Virus record (IMG/VR): IMGVR_UViG_3300029305_002995
Coordinates: 32,001 to 96,000 of that record
Length of the DNA stretch: 64,000 nt
Origin: a virus
Lineage: Duplodnaviria; Caudoviricetes
Direction: 5' to 3' (one strand)
The first letter of the stretch is position 1; every line of letters starts with the position of its first letter. Positions 10,457-21,232 of the stretch are shown here, piece by piece. The translations under genes and the position numbers were made by a program. A model generated the notes under the pieces. The model worked only from the letters and a program-made list of their open reading frames with translations, was not told where the DNA came from and made no database searches.

Positions 10457-11468
10457 CTAAATCACCTCCAAACAAAGCGTCAAACAATGCTTCTGAATCA
10501 CCATCTTCTGCTTCGTATTCTGGTTTAGTAACAGAATATTTAGCCATGAAATCATCGTAAGCTTTACATGGTGCATTTTTAATACCCATCATTTTAGATA
10601 AATGACCCTTAAAGAATATATTGATATATTTACCAATACGGTCAACATCCTTAAAATCATCATCCATTTCTGGAATTGGCTCAGTATTTTCCCATTTGTC
10701 AATCAAAGTACCAAAAGTCTGTGTATCAGAAATTGTTTCACCTTTATTTTGTTTAGGTTGCAACTTAGCTGCTTCAAGTTGTTTTAGATAGGTGTGGTTT
10801 AAGTCTTTAGTATCTTCTCCTGCTCTATCAGCTTTTAATAAATCTAACTGAGTACGACAAAGACGTTTAAAAATTTCTTCTTGTGATTTTGTTTCACATT
10901 CATGTCGTGCAATCCAATCTTGGTATTGAGAATAAAGATAAGTATAATCTTCATTACTAAAACCTTTACCAAACATTTTAATTGCCGCTTTTATTTCATC
11001 ATTATGTTTTTTATCATTATCAGTAACAATCAAAAAGTCCTTAGTGTCATCTTTTGATAAACGTTCCATAATTGTGTCATCGTATCTTTTTTCCATATAG
11101 GGATTGATAGCAGTTCGCTTTAGATACGAAGCAATTACAGAACCATTAGCACTATAAGAAGCATCTTCAATAGCTAAATCAAATACTACTTCTGTAAAAT
11201 ATACATCTAATAGCATACACATATGCTCTACAGCCATACGTTTAGGATTTACTGATTCCAATTTTTCATATTGTTTACAAAAATCGTTATATAATTTTTC
11301 AATACATTTTTTACAATAAGGCAGCTTGCCTTTCGCTTTGAATAGTTTACTGCTCGATGAAGTAAAGTCTTTAGTAGTCAAAGCTTTACCACAATGTACA
11401 CAGCACACAACATCCTTGGTGACAAGTGCCTTTTCTGACCTTGGATAAGCCATTGGGAACACCGCCAT
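10449..11468 (-). CDS. Zn-finger protein, putative terminase small subunit-like
   Basis: CxxC..CxxC N-terminus; overlaps the terL start. Confidence 0.55.
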   Translation of the reverse strand: MAVFPMAYPRSEKALVTKDVVCCVHCGKALTTKDFTSSSSKLFKAKGKLPYCKKCIEKLYNDFCKQYEKLESVNPKRMAVEHMCMLLDVYFTEVVFDLAIEDASYSANGSVIASYLKRTAINPYMEKRYDDTIMERLSKDDTKDFLIVTDNDKKHNDEIKAAIKMFGKGFSNEDYTYLYSQYQDWIARHECETKSQEEIFKRLCRTQLDLLKADRAGEDTKDLNHTYLKQLEAAKLQPKQNKGETISDTQTFGTLIDKWENTEPIPEMDDDFKDVDRIGKYINIFFKGHLSKMMGIKNAPCKAYDDFMAKYSVTKPEYEAEDGDSEALFDALFGGDLDG

Positions 11469-11510
11469 TTCTTTACAATAAAAAAAAGACGCTGCAAAAC
11501 GTCTAACAAA

Positions 11511-12875
11511 TTATCTATTTCTAATTGGTGTGTAAATCACATCTGTTAACCCATCTTCATAGTCAAAAACAAATGATTTACACTGTCTTTTAGAATTATA
11601 ACCCTTATCTGCACTCCATTTACTTCTTGCGCTAATGGTAGGAAGTCTTTGGATTCTAATATTGTTTTCTTCTAAAAGTAATTGTTCTGTATGTAAATGT
11701 TGTAGAAACACTTCTACGGTTTCAGCTTGCGACCAATACTGTCTTGCTTCGTCAGCGATTATAGCAGGTAATTTCGCTACTTTACCATCGTGGGCAAAAC
11801 ATAATAAAGTGTTTCCATACAACTGATATTTTCTTGCTTTTGGTGTGCTATCTACCCAGACATTATCATCATGTCTAAACCATGCTTCAATATATTTAGC
11901 CAATTTAAAACCTGTAACTTCATCATGGTTGCCCATAACATAAATTACTTTGACAAATGCTTGCTCTTTTAAAATATCAATAGCCTTAATAGTCATAGCG
12001 CACAATCTTTCATAAGCATCATAATAATGCAGATGATTGTCTTGTGGAGTACCTTTAGTGGTAGTACCACTTAAATTATCTCCATTCAACATATCTCCAC
12101 CAATACAAAAGATTATTTCTTGAAAAGTATAATGAGCTGTTCTGGATAAAACATCTTCAATAACATGAAAGAATAGCTTTTCTGCAATATCACAATTGTA
12201 TTCATTACCCGTAGTCAAAATAGAAGCCTGTAGATTTAAATGTAAATCTGCAATGTCTATTAACAATAGTTTATCACCATTTTTATAATCACTACGATAA
12301 GTTAATTCTGGTAAAGAATATTTTCTATCCAACCTGTCAAAGAAAGAACTAATCTTTTGTAAAGATAAATCTTTTTCTTCTATTGGCTTTATAGTAATAT
12401 AACTTGCATACAAAGTACAAATTCCATCTTGTTTTGAAATAACTTGTCTAATCGTATTTCTTGCACTTACAATTTTCCAGAAATTAGGGTCAAAACCATG
12501 AGCTTGTAGAATATACTCTGGATTTTTAGACTGTTCTTCGTTCATAACAATTAATTTACTACTTGAATAAGAACCATCTTTATTAATCGAAGTTTCAGAA
12601 TAAGACTTTAAATCCATAACAGCATCATTCTGTTTTTCTTTTTGTGATTTAAAATATTCAGCCACAAATGCACCGCCAAAAATTGATGCATTAGCTTTTC
12701 TTAAAGTTTCGGAAGAAACTGGTAAATGATATTGTTCGCAAATTTCATTCCAATCTAAATCAATCACATTGTTTTTCTTATCTTGAATAAGTTGAATACA
12801 TTTTTCGTATTCTTCTGCGGTTAATCCAGACTTTGTAATTTCGTCTAAAAGATTCATTGATATCAGTCCCTTCAC
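11511..12875 (-). CDS. Calcineurin-like metallophosphoesterase
   Basis: DIADLH, GGD, GNHD, AHDG and HLH motifs. Confidence 0.8.
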   Translation of the reverse strand: MKGLISMNLLDEITKSGLTAEEYEKCIQLIQDKKNNVIDLDWNEICEQYHLPVSSETLRKANASIFGGAFVAEYFKSQKEKQNDAVMDLKSYSETSINKDGSYSSSKLIVMNEEQSKNPEYILQAHGFDPNFWKIVSARNTIRQVISKQDGICTLYASYITIKPIEEKDLSLQKISSFFDRLDRKYSLPELTYRSDYKNGDKLLLIDIADLHLNLQASILTTGNEYNCDIAEKLFFHVIEDVLSRTAHYTFQEIIFCIGGDMLNGDNLSGTTTKGTPQDNHLHYYDAYERLCAMTIKAIDILKEQAFVKVIYVMGNHDEVTGFKLAKYIEAWFRHDDNVWVDSTPKARKYQLYGNTLLCFAHDGKVAKLPAIIADEARQYWSQAETVEVFLQHLHTEQLLLEENNIRIQRLPTISARSKWSADKGYNSKRQCKSFVFDYEDGLTDVIYTPIRNR

Positions 12876-12890
12876 TAAAATTCAAATTAT

Positions 12891-12966
12891 TGGAGCTTAT
12901 GACCCGACTCGAACAGGCGACCTGCTGATTACAAATCAGCTGCACTACCAACTGTGCTACACAAGC
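12891..12966 (-). tRNA. tRNA-Thr(TGT)
   Basis: Cloverleaf; GCTGA-TTTGTAA-TCAGC anticodon arm; CCA end. Confidence 0.92.
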
Positions 12967-13038
12967 AAATAAAAAACAGACGCAAGCATAAAAACCTGCG
13001 TCTGTAAGCGTATATCTTAAAACATACACCCCAATTAC

Positions 13039-13113
13039 TGGAGGATATGGCGTGACTTGAACACGCATAAGGCAAATTAACAGTTTGCTGCCTAACCGTT
13101 AGGCTACATATCC
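13039..13113 (-). tRNA. tRNA-Asn(GTT)
   Basis: GCAAA-CTGTTAA-TTTGC arm; CCA end. Confidence 0.9.
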
Positions 13114-13230
13114 ATATAAACCCTACGCCCGAAGAACATTATATTAAATATAACTTGAACTTTTACCGAATCAGCAGAAAGATAGCTAATCAAACCACTT
13201 AAAACGTAAACTTGTCAAATAGAGTAGCAC

Positions 13231-13319
13231 TGGCGCAGAAGGTAGGATTTGAACCCACGGTACGTTGCCGTATCATCAGTTTTCAAGACTGACTCCTTAA
13301 ACCACTCGGACACTTCTGC
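13231..13319 (-). tRNA. tRNA-Ser(TGA)
   Basis: TCAGT-CTTGAAA-ACTGA arm; long variable arm; GCCA end. Confidence 0.92.
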
Positions 13320-13352
13320 GTATTTATCTTTTACAATCTTTCTTTGCTGTAC

Positions 13353-13439
13353 TGGTGGGGATGGTGGGAGTTGAACCCACACGAAGTTTCCCCCAAGGGA
13401 TTTTAAGTCCCTTGTGTCTGCCTATTCCACCACATCCCC
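13353..13439 (-). tRNA. tRNA-Leu(TAA)
   Basis: AGGGA-CTTAAAA-TCCCT arm; long variable arm; ACCA end. Confidence 0.92.
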
Positions 13440-13446
13440 AAATACA

Positions 13447-13524
13447 GGTGGAGGTGGGATTTGAACCCACGTTGTCCAACCAGCCTTAGTAATATAGGAC
13501 GTTTTTCACTAAACTACATCCACC
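13447..13524 (-). ncRNA. tRNA-like element with aberrant, enlarged anticodon region
   Basis: T-arm GTGGG-TTCAAAT-CCCAC and a D-arm are present. GTCC/GGAC closes a 19-nt loop. Bulged acceptor stem, no CCA. Confidence 0.55.
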
Positions 13525-13715
13525 AGATTTGTTGTGGTCAATCTTTCAATCAACCACAACAACAGCAAAGAAAGGCGTGTAAAAAATATGAATGTAAAGA
13601 AAGATGGTTGTCTGGTGCTATTCCAGACAACCAAATATATATAAAACAGCATTTTCCAAGCAAACACAGTTCGCTTAGTAGCTAATGCTGACTTTATAAC
13701 TATAAAATTTTTATT

Positions 13716-14075
13716 TTACAAGAAAGAATTTCCTACCCAACGTTTAGGTTTAGGAAAATCTTTTAAAAGTTTATCTTTGTAATATCGTGTAATAGTAGCT
13801 TTTAGTTTATATCTATCATTTGCAATTATCTCGGTTTGATTCAGATAATCAAAAGAATCACGCTCTGGAAGATAAGTACATTCAAAATTAATACCCTTAT
13901 ACAACTTAATACAAACATCAGTCTTTTTATCTGCGGTTGCCAGAAGTTGTCTAAATGCTTCTCCAAAAGCATCATATATTTTTTCAAGAACAGGAATGGT
14001 AATTCCTAATTCTTTAGCTACAATTCTTACGATTTGCTTTTTATCGTATGTAACTAATTTCTTAGATTTAATCAC
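13716..14075 (-). CDS. HU/IHF-like DNA-binding protein (SPbeta yonN position)
   Basis: KKQIVRIVAKELGI helix pattern and beta-arm region; directly downstream of the RNAP gene. Confidence 0.6.
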   Translation of the reverse strand: MIKSKKLVTYDKKQIVRIVAKELGITIPVLEKIYDAFGEAFRQLLATADKKTDVCIKLYKGINFECTYLPERDSFDYLNQTEIIANDRYKLKATITRYYKDKLLKDFPKPKRWVGNSFL

Positions 14076-14173
14076 ATATATTCACCCTTTACTTAAATTC
14101 ACACTATCTTTAAAAGCAGGAAATAAAACATAGGGTTATTAACTTATTTCCCCAATATAGATATTTCACGATT

Positions 14174-14252
14174 TCAAAAACAACCAGTTTTTTCTGGTCG
14201 TTTTTAGCAGACAATCAAAATCAAAAACAACCAGTTTTTTCTGGCTGTTTTT
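14174..14252. repeat. Tandem pair of 32-bp imperfect palindromes (CAAAAACAACCAG-TTTTTT-CTGGYYGTTTTT)
   Basis: Copies at 14174-14205 and 14221-14252; partial third copy at 20515-20534. Confidence 0.8.
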
Positions 14253-14270
14253 GATAAATTTTTGATAGCG

Positions 14271-15029
14271 TTACAACTGATTTTGTCTATACCTTTGTAC
14301 TCTAAGTCGAGTCATTTCACGCTTATGTTCTATAGCGCAAGCTTCACATCTATGCACTTTATTATCTTTCACATTGGTAGTAAACCATTCACCGCAATCA
14401 ACACACTGAACATCTTTGGTATGCAATTTTAGATTTCCACTTAAATTCTCGTAGATATAATCACCATAACATAACCATAAAATCATTTTATGTTTGCTGT
14501 CTTTAACAACATATAAAAGCTTGACTAATATATCTGCAACTTCTGAATTGGAATATCCAAACTTAGATAATTCAGTTTGAATTTCTTCTACAATTCGTTT
14601 GTATCTTAATTCTTGTTTTAATTGAGAATTTTTAAGAACATCCGCAGAATAACATTTATCCACCTGTGAAGCATTATTAAGAGCAAACTTATATTTATTA
14701 CTCAATTCATAATACTTAACAATTAATGGGTCTGTACTTTCTTTGATTAACTTACCTTTGTCTGTAAAATTCACAATACACTCTATATCTGGATTTCGCA
14801 TAAGCAAAGTGTAATCTATAGGGTTAACTTCAAGTTTTCTAAAATTAATTCTTGGATTAGGAATTATATTTTCAAGCTTATTTACAAAGCTATTATTAAC
14901 TGGAAATACTTGATGTTCTTCTTTGTCTTTAGCATATTTAAAGAAATGCGGTAAATTATTATTTGTGAACACACTAATTTGTGCATCAATATTTTTAGGT
15001 CGTGTTGGTTTATACAATGTCTTAGCATA
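14271..15029 (-). CDS. yonO: YonO-like RNA polymerase, exon 3 (YAKTLYKP... with C-terminal Zn ribbon)
   Basis: Intron ends in G at 15030. Splicing restores FVIDYAKT. C-terminal CxxC..CxxC. Confidence 0.85.
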   Translation of the reverse strand, partial: YAKTLYKPTRPKNIDAQISVFTNNNLPHFFKYAKDKEEHQVFPVNNSFVNKLENIIPNPRINFRKLEVNPIDYTLLMRNPDIECIVNFTDKGKLIKESTDPLIVKYYELSNKYKFALNNASQVDKCYSADVLKNSQLKQELRYKRIVEEIQTELSKFGYSNSEVADILVKLLYVVKDSKHKMILWLCYGDYIYENLSGNLKLHTKDVQCVDCGEWFTTNVKDNKVHRCEACAIEHKREMTRLRVQRYRQNQL

Positions 15030-15419
15030 CTTAATTATACCCTCGGTTTCCCGATATTTATTAGGGGAATAGACTATATCATTACCCTATGTCAATTCAT
15101 AGGCTTATTATTAAGGGATTTCTCCGTAGTTAGCACTTCGATTTGAGGGGTTTTCACCCAGCAAGTATTTCATCTTGCCCCTACTCCTGTTGCTGAATTT
15201 CACAGCCTATGGGATAGTCGTTAGACCTTCAATTATATATCAAATATAATTGCTTGGCACTGGATTGTCATATAACAATATAAAGTTACTTAGATTTTCC
15301 CTGTTAGCATAGTTTTTCATCGTCATTTCCTACGATTACAATAGCAAACTACACACCCTACATTTATAGGTTCACTAACTTATTCGATATGTATTACTAC
15401 ATAAAGCGACTATATTTTA
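15030..15419 (-). mobile_element. Group I intron 2 of RNAP (390 nt, no ORF)
   Basis: Exon ends in U (GAT) with P1 CGAT/GTCG. Core elements GCTAACAGGGAAA, AATCCAGTG, ACGACTA, GATATAGTC. Terminal G. Confidence 0.88.
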
Positions 15420-15722
15420 ATCGATAACAAAATTATTCTCCATACACAACAATTTAATAATATTAATAGCGTTTTGTTTTTCTTCTTCTGTTCCAGAAAT
15501 AAATACTTCACTATTCCATATTTTTGAAATATTGTTACTATATACACCTATATTACCACCTATAAAAGCAGCATTTAAACCATGATAAATAGATTCACTG
15601 TTTAACTGCACTGGCAATGCTTTTTTCATATTGTAGTACAAAGGCACAATATTCTGCATATTACGTTCCGCTACGTTAATTAGCGTCTTATCTGCTACTA
15701 CAAGGGACTTGTCTCCATCCAC
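15420..15722 (-). CDS. yonO: YonO-like RNA polymerase, exon 2 (VDGDK...FVID)
   Basis: 101 codons in frame with exons 1 and 3; carries the second half of the DxDGD motif. Confidence 0.88.
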
Positions 15723-16744
15723 CACGATACTTTACATATCGCAGACTATATCTTAACCATATCTTTTCAGACTTAGGTTCTCAGCACTTCCACATAATGA
15801 ATGTCACATTATATGTACTCTACTTGGTTACTCATATAACACCATTTAAGGTTTTATATTATCCTTTCGATAGTCGTTTGATTTTCGTAAAATAAAAATT
15901 CAATCATTTTATATATTTTTTAATGCTATAATGTTTTTTATACAAAGAATTATTTCTAATTGCTCTATTCAATTGACACCGTACAGTTTCTACGTTATCT
16001 GTATCAGCTACACCAATATCAATTAAATATTGACAACATGGTACAATATAATCAAAACTTTTAACCAACTCTCCATCGTAAAATAAATCAACTGGTGTAC
16101 TACGACCATTTTGTGTTGCAGGTCTACCTTGTTTTATTTTAGACAGCAATTTATCATTTTGGTATTTCTTTGACAATTTATCATTTCCATAATTAGGATT
16201 TTTCTCGCCATGATAATCTGGTCTATTACAATTACTATATCTAACATTATCAGCATGAGTCATCCATTCTAAATTATCTGCTTTAGGATTTGCTCTATTG
16301 TAATCTTTGTGATTTACTTCTGGTAAATTATTTGGATTCGGTACAAAAGCAATGGCAACTAATATATGTACTGCTACGCTACGATAACCGATATTAGGCA
16401 ATCGCAAAGTACACACAATATATCCATCTGCATTATATCTATGTACACACTCTTTTCCATTACAAATAATCTTTCCAAAATTAGATACAGTTAAGTTTAA
16501 TCCTTTATAGCAAATATTTTTATATTGTTCTTGCAATTATAACACCACCTATTTTTTTTATAAAATGATGGATTATTTTTATTTTACGCTTAACACAGGA
16601 TTGCCATAATTAGTTTCCCTGTTAGCACATTACCAAATCGTCATTTCCTACGATTCCAAAAATGTGTAATGTACACCCTATATTTATAGGTTCACTGAGT
16701 TTTATATCTCTATGTTTCCATAGAGTTTGACATTTTTACTGGTC
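15723..16744 (-). mobile_element. Group I intron 1 of RNAP, carrying an HNH homing endonuclease
   Basis: P1 TTTGAT/GTCAAA with U.G at the splice site. P3 CTCAGT/GCTGAG, P7 GACTA/TAGTC, AAGATATAGTC element, terminal G at 15723. Confidence 0.9.
15904..16536 (-). CDS. Intron-encoded HNH homing endonuclease (I-HmuI-like)
   Basis: VHILVAIAFVPNP..VNHKD..N..NLEW...N motif. Confidence 0.9.
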   Translation of the reverse strand: MQEQYKNICYKGLNLTVSNFGKIICNGKECVHRYNADGYIVCTLRLPNIGYRSVAVHILVAIAFVPNPNNLPEVNHKDYNRANPKADNLEWMTHADNVRYSNCNRPDYHGEKNPNYGNDKLSKKYQNDKLLSKIKQGRPATQNGRSTPVDLFYDGELVKSFDYIVPCCQYLIDIGVADTDNVETVRCQLNRAIRNNSLYKKHYSIKKYIK

Positions 16745-18574
16745 ATCAAATTGGAGAACTTTGGAAATTAAATCCTTACAGCTTGTATATAAAGCGTCAG
16801 TACAAAACCATCTTCTAATACTTTGCTGTAATTCTTCATTTTTGTAATAAGCAAGATTTTTTCTAATAGGATGTTCCCTATATAAATGCGGACTTCGCAA
16901 ACAATCTAATTTTTCATTTCTTCTAAACAACCAACAAAACACTTCGCCATCATTCAATAATCCATCTGGATTTTCTATACCCTTAAACCAATACTCACAC
17001 GCCGCATAAAAGTCTGGTAGAATAAAAGTATATTTACCATTGATTTTCAACTTACCTGCTTTAAATCGTTTAATCATACTATCTTTTAATTCTCTAAGAT
17101 AGGATTTTACATATTCATCATTTAACAAATTAGGATATAGTTCAATGGATTTCTGAAATGGTGTTTTATCTAAATTATATGGGGTAACTCCAAATGCTGC
17201 TTTAATTGTATCTACAGAAGAAGTTAAATTTTTTAACGTACAAATAGAATCGTTAGCAATCTTTAAGATTTCTTCATCAGATATATCAGTCAAGCTCTGG
17301 AGCATCTGATAATTAATTGTTGCATTTTTAATTCTATCTTCTTCTGGATTAGTAAAACCTGCTGTACAACCATATCGTTTATATAATTCTTTATAGTTAT
17401 CCCAAGAATCGTAATATTTCCAGAGTTTAAATTGACTTTTCGTAAAGATAACTTCAATATCTTCTTCTATTACATTATGTTCTTGACCATAAATATCTTT
17501 AATTACTGGCGAACAATTATTTTCAATAATGAACTCTCTGAAATTAAACACTCCAAGTAAGCCTTTAACCCAAGGTAAACGAACCATACGATTTTTACCC
17601 ATCTTAGGCAACATCATACCTGCACCATCTGTATGTGTAATTACAACATTATTAGATACTCTGTTAATTGAATAATCCACATCATCTACTAAATCGAAAG
17701 TACCAAACACTTCGGTTTCAAAATCATCAATCACTATTGTTTTATCGATATTAAATTCTTCCCATACGTCAGTAGCGGAATTTGCCAAAGCAAGATAAGC
17801 TAAATGCTTATTTGGATTATTTCCACCTCTACGATTAATTTCATCTACAGTCAAACCACACATAATTGTTTTTTCATGCTGTTTCCAAATAGATTCTTTT
17901 ATAAAAACAACTTTCTTGGTTCTAATTTGTCCAGCAGATGAAGTAAAATAGATATATTTTTCGCCTTCAAATTCAAAGCCATGATATATCAAATCTTTAA
18001 TAATATCGAAATAATACACTTGAATTACCATGAAATCTTTACATAATTCATCTTGTTTTGCTTGAATAGTTCTGGTAAACGAAGATTCAAAAACAGAAAT
18101 AATATCATCATTTGAAATTTCATTTTCTCTAACTTTACGAATATGATGTTTTCCTTTGGATTTAATATTAGCTTCAACCTTGACAGATAACAGTTTTAGT
18201 AGAGCTTCTTCTACGTTGTGAATTGCATTAGTTTTTACTGACATTAAATCTCTGAGCTTTTTATATTTCTTTGCCCAGAACACAACATCTTCATTTCCAC
18301 CCCATAAAGCATAGTCAAATTTATCTTTAACAATATCGCTAAAGTCATTTTCATCTAAACCATATAGATTTAACTTTTTCTCAATTTCTTTATATCCAAC
18401 TATGATACGCTTAACTTCACCATTAGATTTTGTAATATAGCCACCTTTTTTAATTTGATTCTTTTCTTCTCGTAAAGTGTGAATCTTTTTATGTAGCCTT
18501 GCTTCTTTGTTGGTGTAAAAATAGCCTGTATCTATAGAATATATTTGTAATTGGCGGTCTAACAACGCTATCAC
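16745..18574 (-). CDS. yonO: YonO-like single-subunit DNA-dependent RNA polymerase, exon 1 (spliced product ~963 aa)
   Basis: SSAGQIR, HTDGAG, RLPWVKG, RSPH motifs; QFD joins exon 2 to give QFDVDGD. Confidence 0.88.
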
Positions 18575-18635
18575 CCACCTTTATTTACATTCATGTAATT
18601 ACAACCTTATTATCTTACGCTTAAATAAAAATATT

Positions 18636-18830
18636 TTAGTTATCAAACAATTCATTTTCAAACACACTAAAATACGAATTTACATAATCACGATACGACT
18701 TTGTATCTTTAAATCCAGATTTAAAAATTCGTCTATCTTCTGGAGGGTAAAAATCTTCTTCTGATAATTCGTAAAAATTACTTAAATGACTTATACCATT
18801 GTCTTGTTGAGGAACACACATACCATACAC
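18636..18830 (-). CDS. Small hypothetical protein
   Basis: GGAGG RBS; lies between the HTH gene and RNAP. Confidence 0.5.
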   Translation of the reverse strand: MYGMCVPQQDNGISHLSNFYELSEEDFYPPEDRRIFKSGFKDTKSYRDYVNSYFSVFENELFDN

Positions 18831-18854
18831 CCTCCTTCCTGCTACTTAACTTAT

Positions 18855-19703
18855 TCATTTAATTTTTCTAATCTTATTATTAACTTCATCCAAATAATAC
18901 TCATGTCCACTTGCCAATAGATATTGTCCTTCACGTTTATAAGTATTTGCGAACACTGTATAATCAGTGCGGTATTTGTCTTGATATTTAATCCTTGGTA
19001 AAGTTTTATAGTAAATTAAATTTAATTCTACCAAAGCATCAATAGCCAAATTAAGTGTCCTTTTAGTAATATTAAGCTTTTCAGCAATATCTTTTAAAAA
19101 ACCACAATATGCTTCTGGATTATTTTGTTTTCGTTTATCGATTGCATATTCTAAATTATGTGTGTTATCTACATTTAGCTCTTGTACAGTCAACAAATTC
19201 CTTCTTTTGAAGATTGACATTCTTAAATAAGCAAACACAAGCAAAATAGCTTCTGTATTATTAAAATCAGAATATTGTCCATAATCTAAAATACGTTGAA
19301 CTTCATCTATGTAAATCAAAGCAAATCTTGAAGCACATTCATCCATTAACTTTTTAGAATCTATTGAGACTTCAAAACAATAAGCATTAGAATCCAAACC
19401 AGAATCATCATAGGTCAAGAAATCATAAAACTGTTTATAATAAATAAAGAGATTTCTAATATTGTTGTTAATTCCCTTTGCACATCTGTTTGGAACATGA
19501 CCTAACCACTTCACAATAAAGTCAATATTACATAATACTTTTTCATTTCTACCCAGATAACACAATAAAAAAGTCAGTAATCCAATTCGTTTTTCAGACA
19601 TTCTACCATCTAAAATAATAGATTCTGGAATCGCAAAATAGAAATTTTGATTTTTTTCTAATTTTTTTGGATTCAAATATTCAAATTTTTTATTTTCAGT
19701 CAT
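18855..19703 (-). CDS. Winged-HTH DNA-binding protein (replication initiator-like or regulator)
   Basis: C-terminal LKDIAEKLNITKRTLNLAIDALVELNLI HTH. Confidence 0.55.
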   Translation of the reverse strand: MTENKKFEYLNPKKLEKNQNFYFAIPESIILDGRMSEKRIGLLTFLLCYLGRNEKVLCNIDFIVKWLGHVPNRCAKGINNNIRNLFIYYKQFYDFLTYDDSGLDSNAYCFEVSIDSKKLMDECASRFALIYIDEVQRILDYGQYSDFNNTEAILLVFAYLRMSIFKRRNLLTVQELNVDNTHNLEYAIDKRKQNNPEAYCGFLKDIAEKLNITKRTLNLAIDALVELNLIYYKTLPRIKYQDKYRTDYTVFANTYKREGQYLLASGHEYYLDEVNNKIRKIK

Positions 19704-19764
19704 ATCCTATTCCCTTATTTTTACAATTCACTATTTTCAGCAGCTAATTTTTCAAAATTCAAAT

Positions 19765-19898
19765 TCAAAAATATACAGTTAACGTACACGATTGGCATTT
19801 ATAGGGGTAGAAAAATCAAATCGTGTACAAAATCCGTATCGTTTTTTAACTTCTATATATAATATATAATAGAAATATATATAAAATACTTAAAGCAC
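19765..19898 (-). repeat. Left copy of a ~133-bp inverted repeat (partner at 35211-35342)
   Basis: Reverse complement aligns with 35211-35342; internal GTACACGATT/AATCGTGTAC palindrome and TA-rich tract. Confidence 0.85.
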
Positions 19899-21218
19899 AC
19901 TTTTTTTCACTACCTGCTGAAAAGTACAAATTCTATAAGCTATCTCATACGTTATTTTCATGCTAAAACACTTTATACGAATTATCTTTTTATGTAAATA
20001 TCTCTTTGATACTGAATAACTTTATTTTAAATTAATATTTTCTGAAATATTAGCTTTAGAAAAATATTATTTTCTTGGGATTAAGTCATACCTGCACTAT
20101 CTTTTGTCTTTATATGGTGTTTTAGATTTATTTGCGTTTTAGCTTATAACCTTATTATCCTACTATTAGTTTTAAATAGTAAGGTTTTGTTCAATAATGA
20201 CTTATACCTTTACTATCTATGCAATATATTACCATATTTTTATTAGTTTGTCAATAGGCTAAGATAATAAAGTTATAAGTTATTTTCTTGTTTATTTTGG
20301 TATGGATTTTAGATTTTTATAGTTCGATTTTAATTTTGGTGATTTTGTTTATTTTGCACAAATATGGCTTTTAGTTGGACATTATTTGAAATTTGATTTA
20401 TTTGTGTTTGATTTTATAGTTCATCACATTTTTTATATGGTTTTAGGGTGTTTTATCACATTTTTCTAATATATATTTTATTGTTACATTTTTTGTACTT
20501 TTTTATTTTCATTTAGTTTTTTCTGGCTGTTTTTAAAAATGGTAATCCATTGTCAAAATTGATTGAAATTTTTGGGAATTGTAAATTTTAAGATAAATTT
20601 TTCTGGTTCTTTTCTAATACTGCAAGCGTATGTTCTGAATTACTAAAAATTAGATTTTAGTAAAAAAACAGGGTGGGTTCATTTTTAGGTTTTTCATGGG
20701 TGAGCAATAGCTCGTATAGTATGATATTGGCTGTAAAATAGAGGTATATGCGGATATATATGAGGGTGATTTTTAAAAAATTTGAATATGGGGTGGTATG
20801 GGAATTAGGTGAAATAAGAGTAAATTAAAGGTTTGGATTTGGACTATTTAAAGGTTGGTTGGTATAAATTTAAGATAGATTTAAGGTAAGTTTATAGGAT
20901 AGTTGTAGGGTGATTTTGGGTTAGATTTGGGGTGGATTTGTGTGTTAAAAAGGTTGTATATAGGGTTATTTATAGGGCGATTGTAGGATGAATGTAGAAT
21001 AAAACTATGACAAAATTAAGTAAGAAATTAATACAAGAATTACTGGTTTATTTTAGGGGTATGTATAGGTGTGTATGTGGTATGGGTTTTAGGATGTGTG
21101 ATTAGATAGACCAGACAAGACTTCGGCTCGTGGCACTTTCGTGTGTTAAAGTGTAAATACGCCCTACCTGCTCCGTTCATATTCCAATTTGAAAAAGCCT
21201 CAAAAAATCAAATTGAAA

Positions 21219-21232
21219 AGAACATACGTTCT
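21219..21232. promoter_or_regulatory. Gram-positive SOS (LexA/DinR) box
   Basis: AGAAC-ATAC-GTTCT. Confidence 0.6.

Noticed and set aside
12778-13685. ORFs 12778-13068 and 13461-13685
   Set aside because: They overlap tRNA or tRNA-like genes
14271-18574. RNAP as a pseudogene or as three separate genes
   Set aside because: The gaps have full group I intron hallmarks and splice in frame
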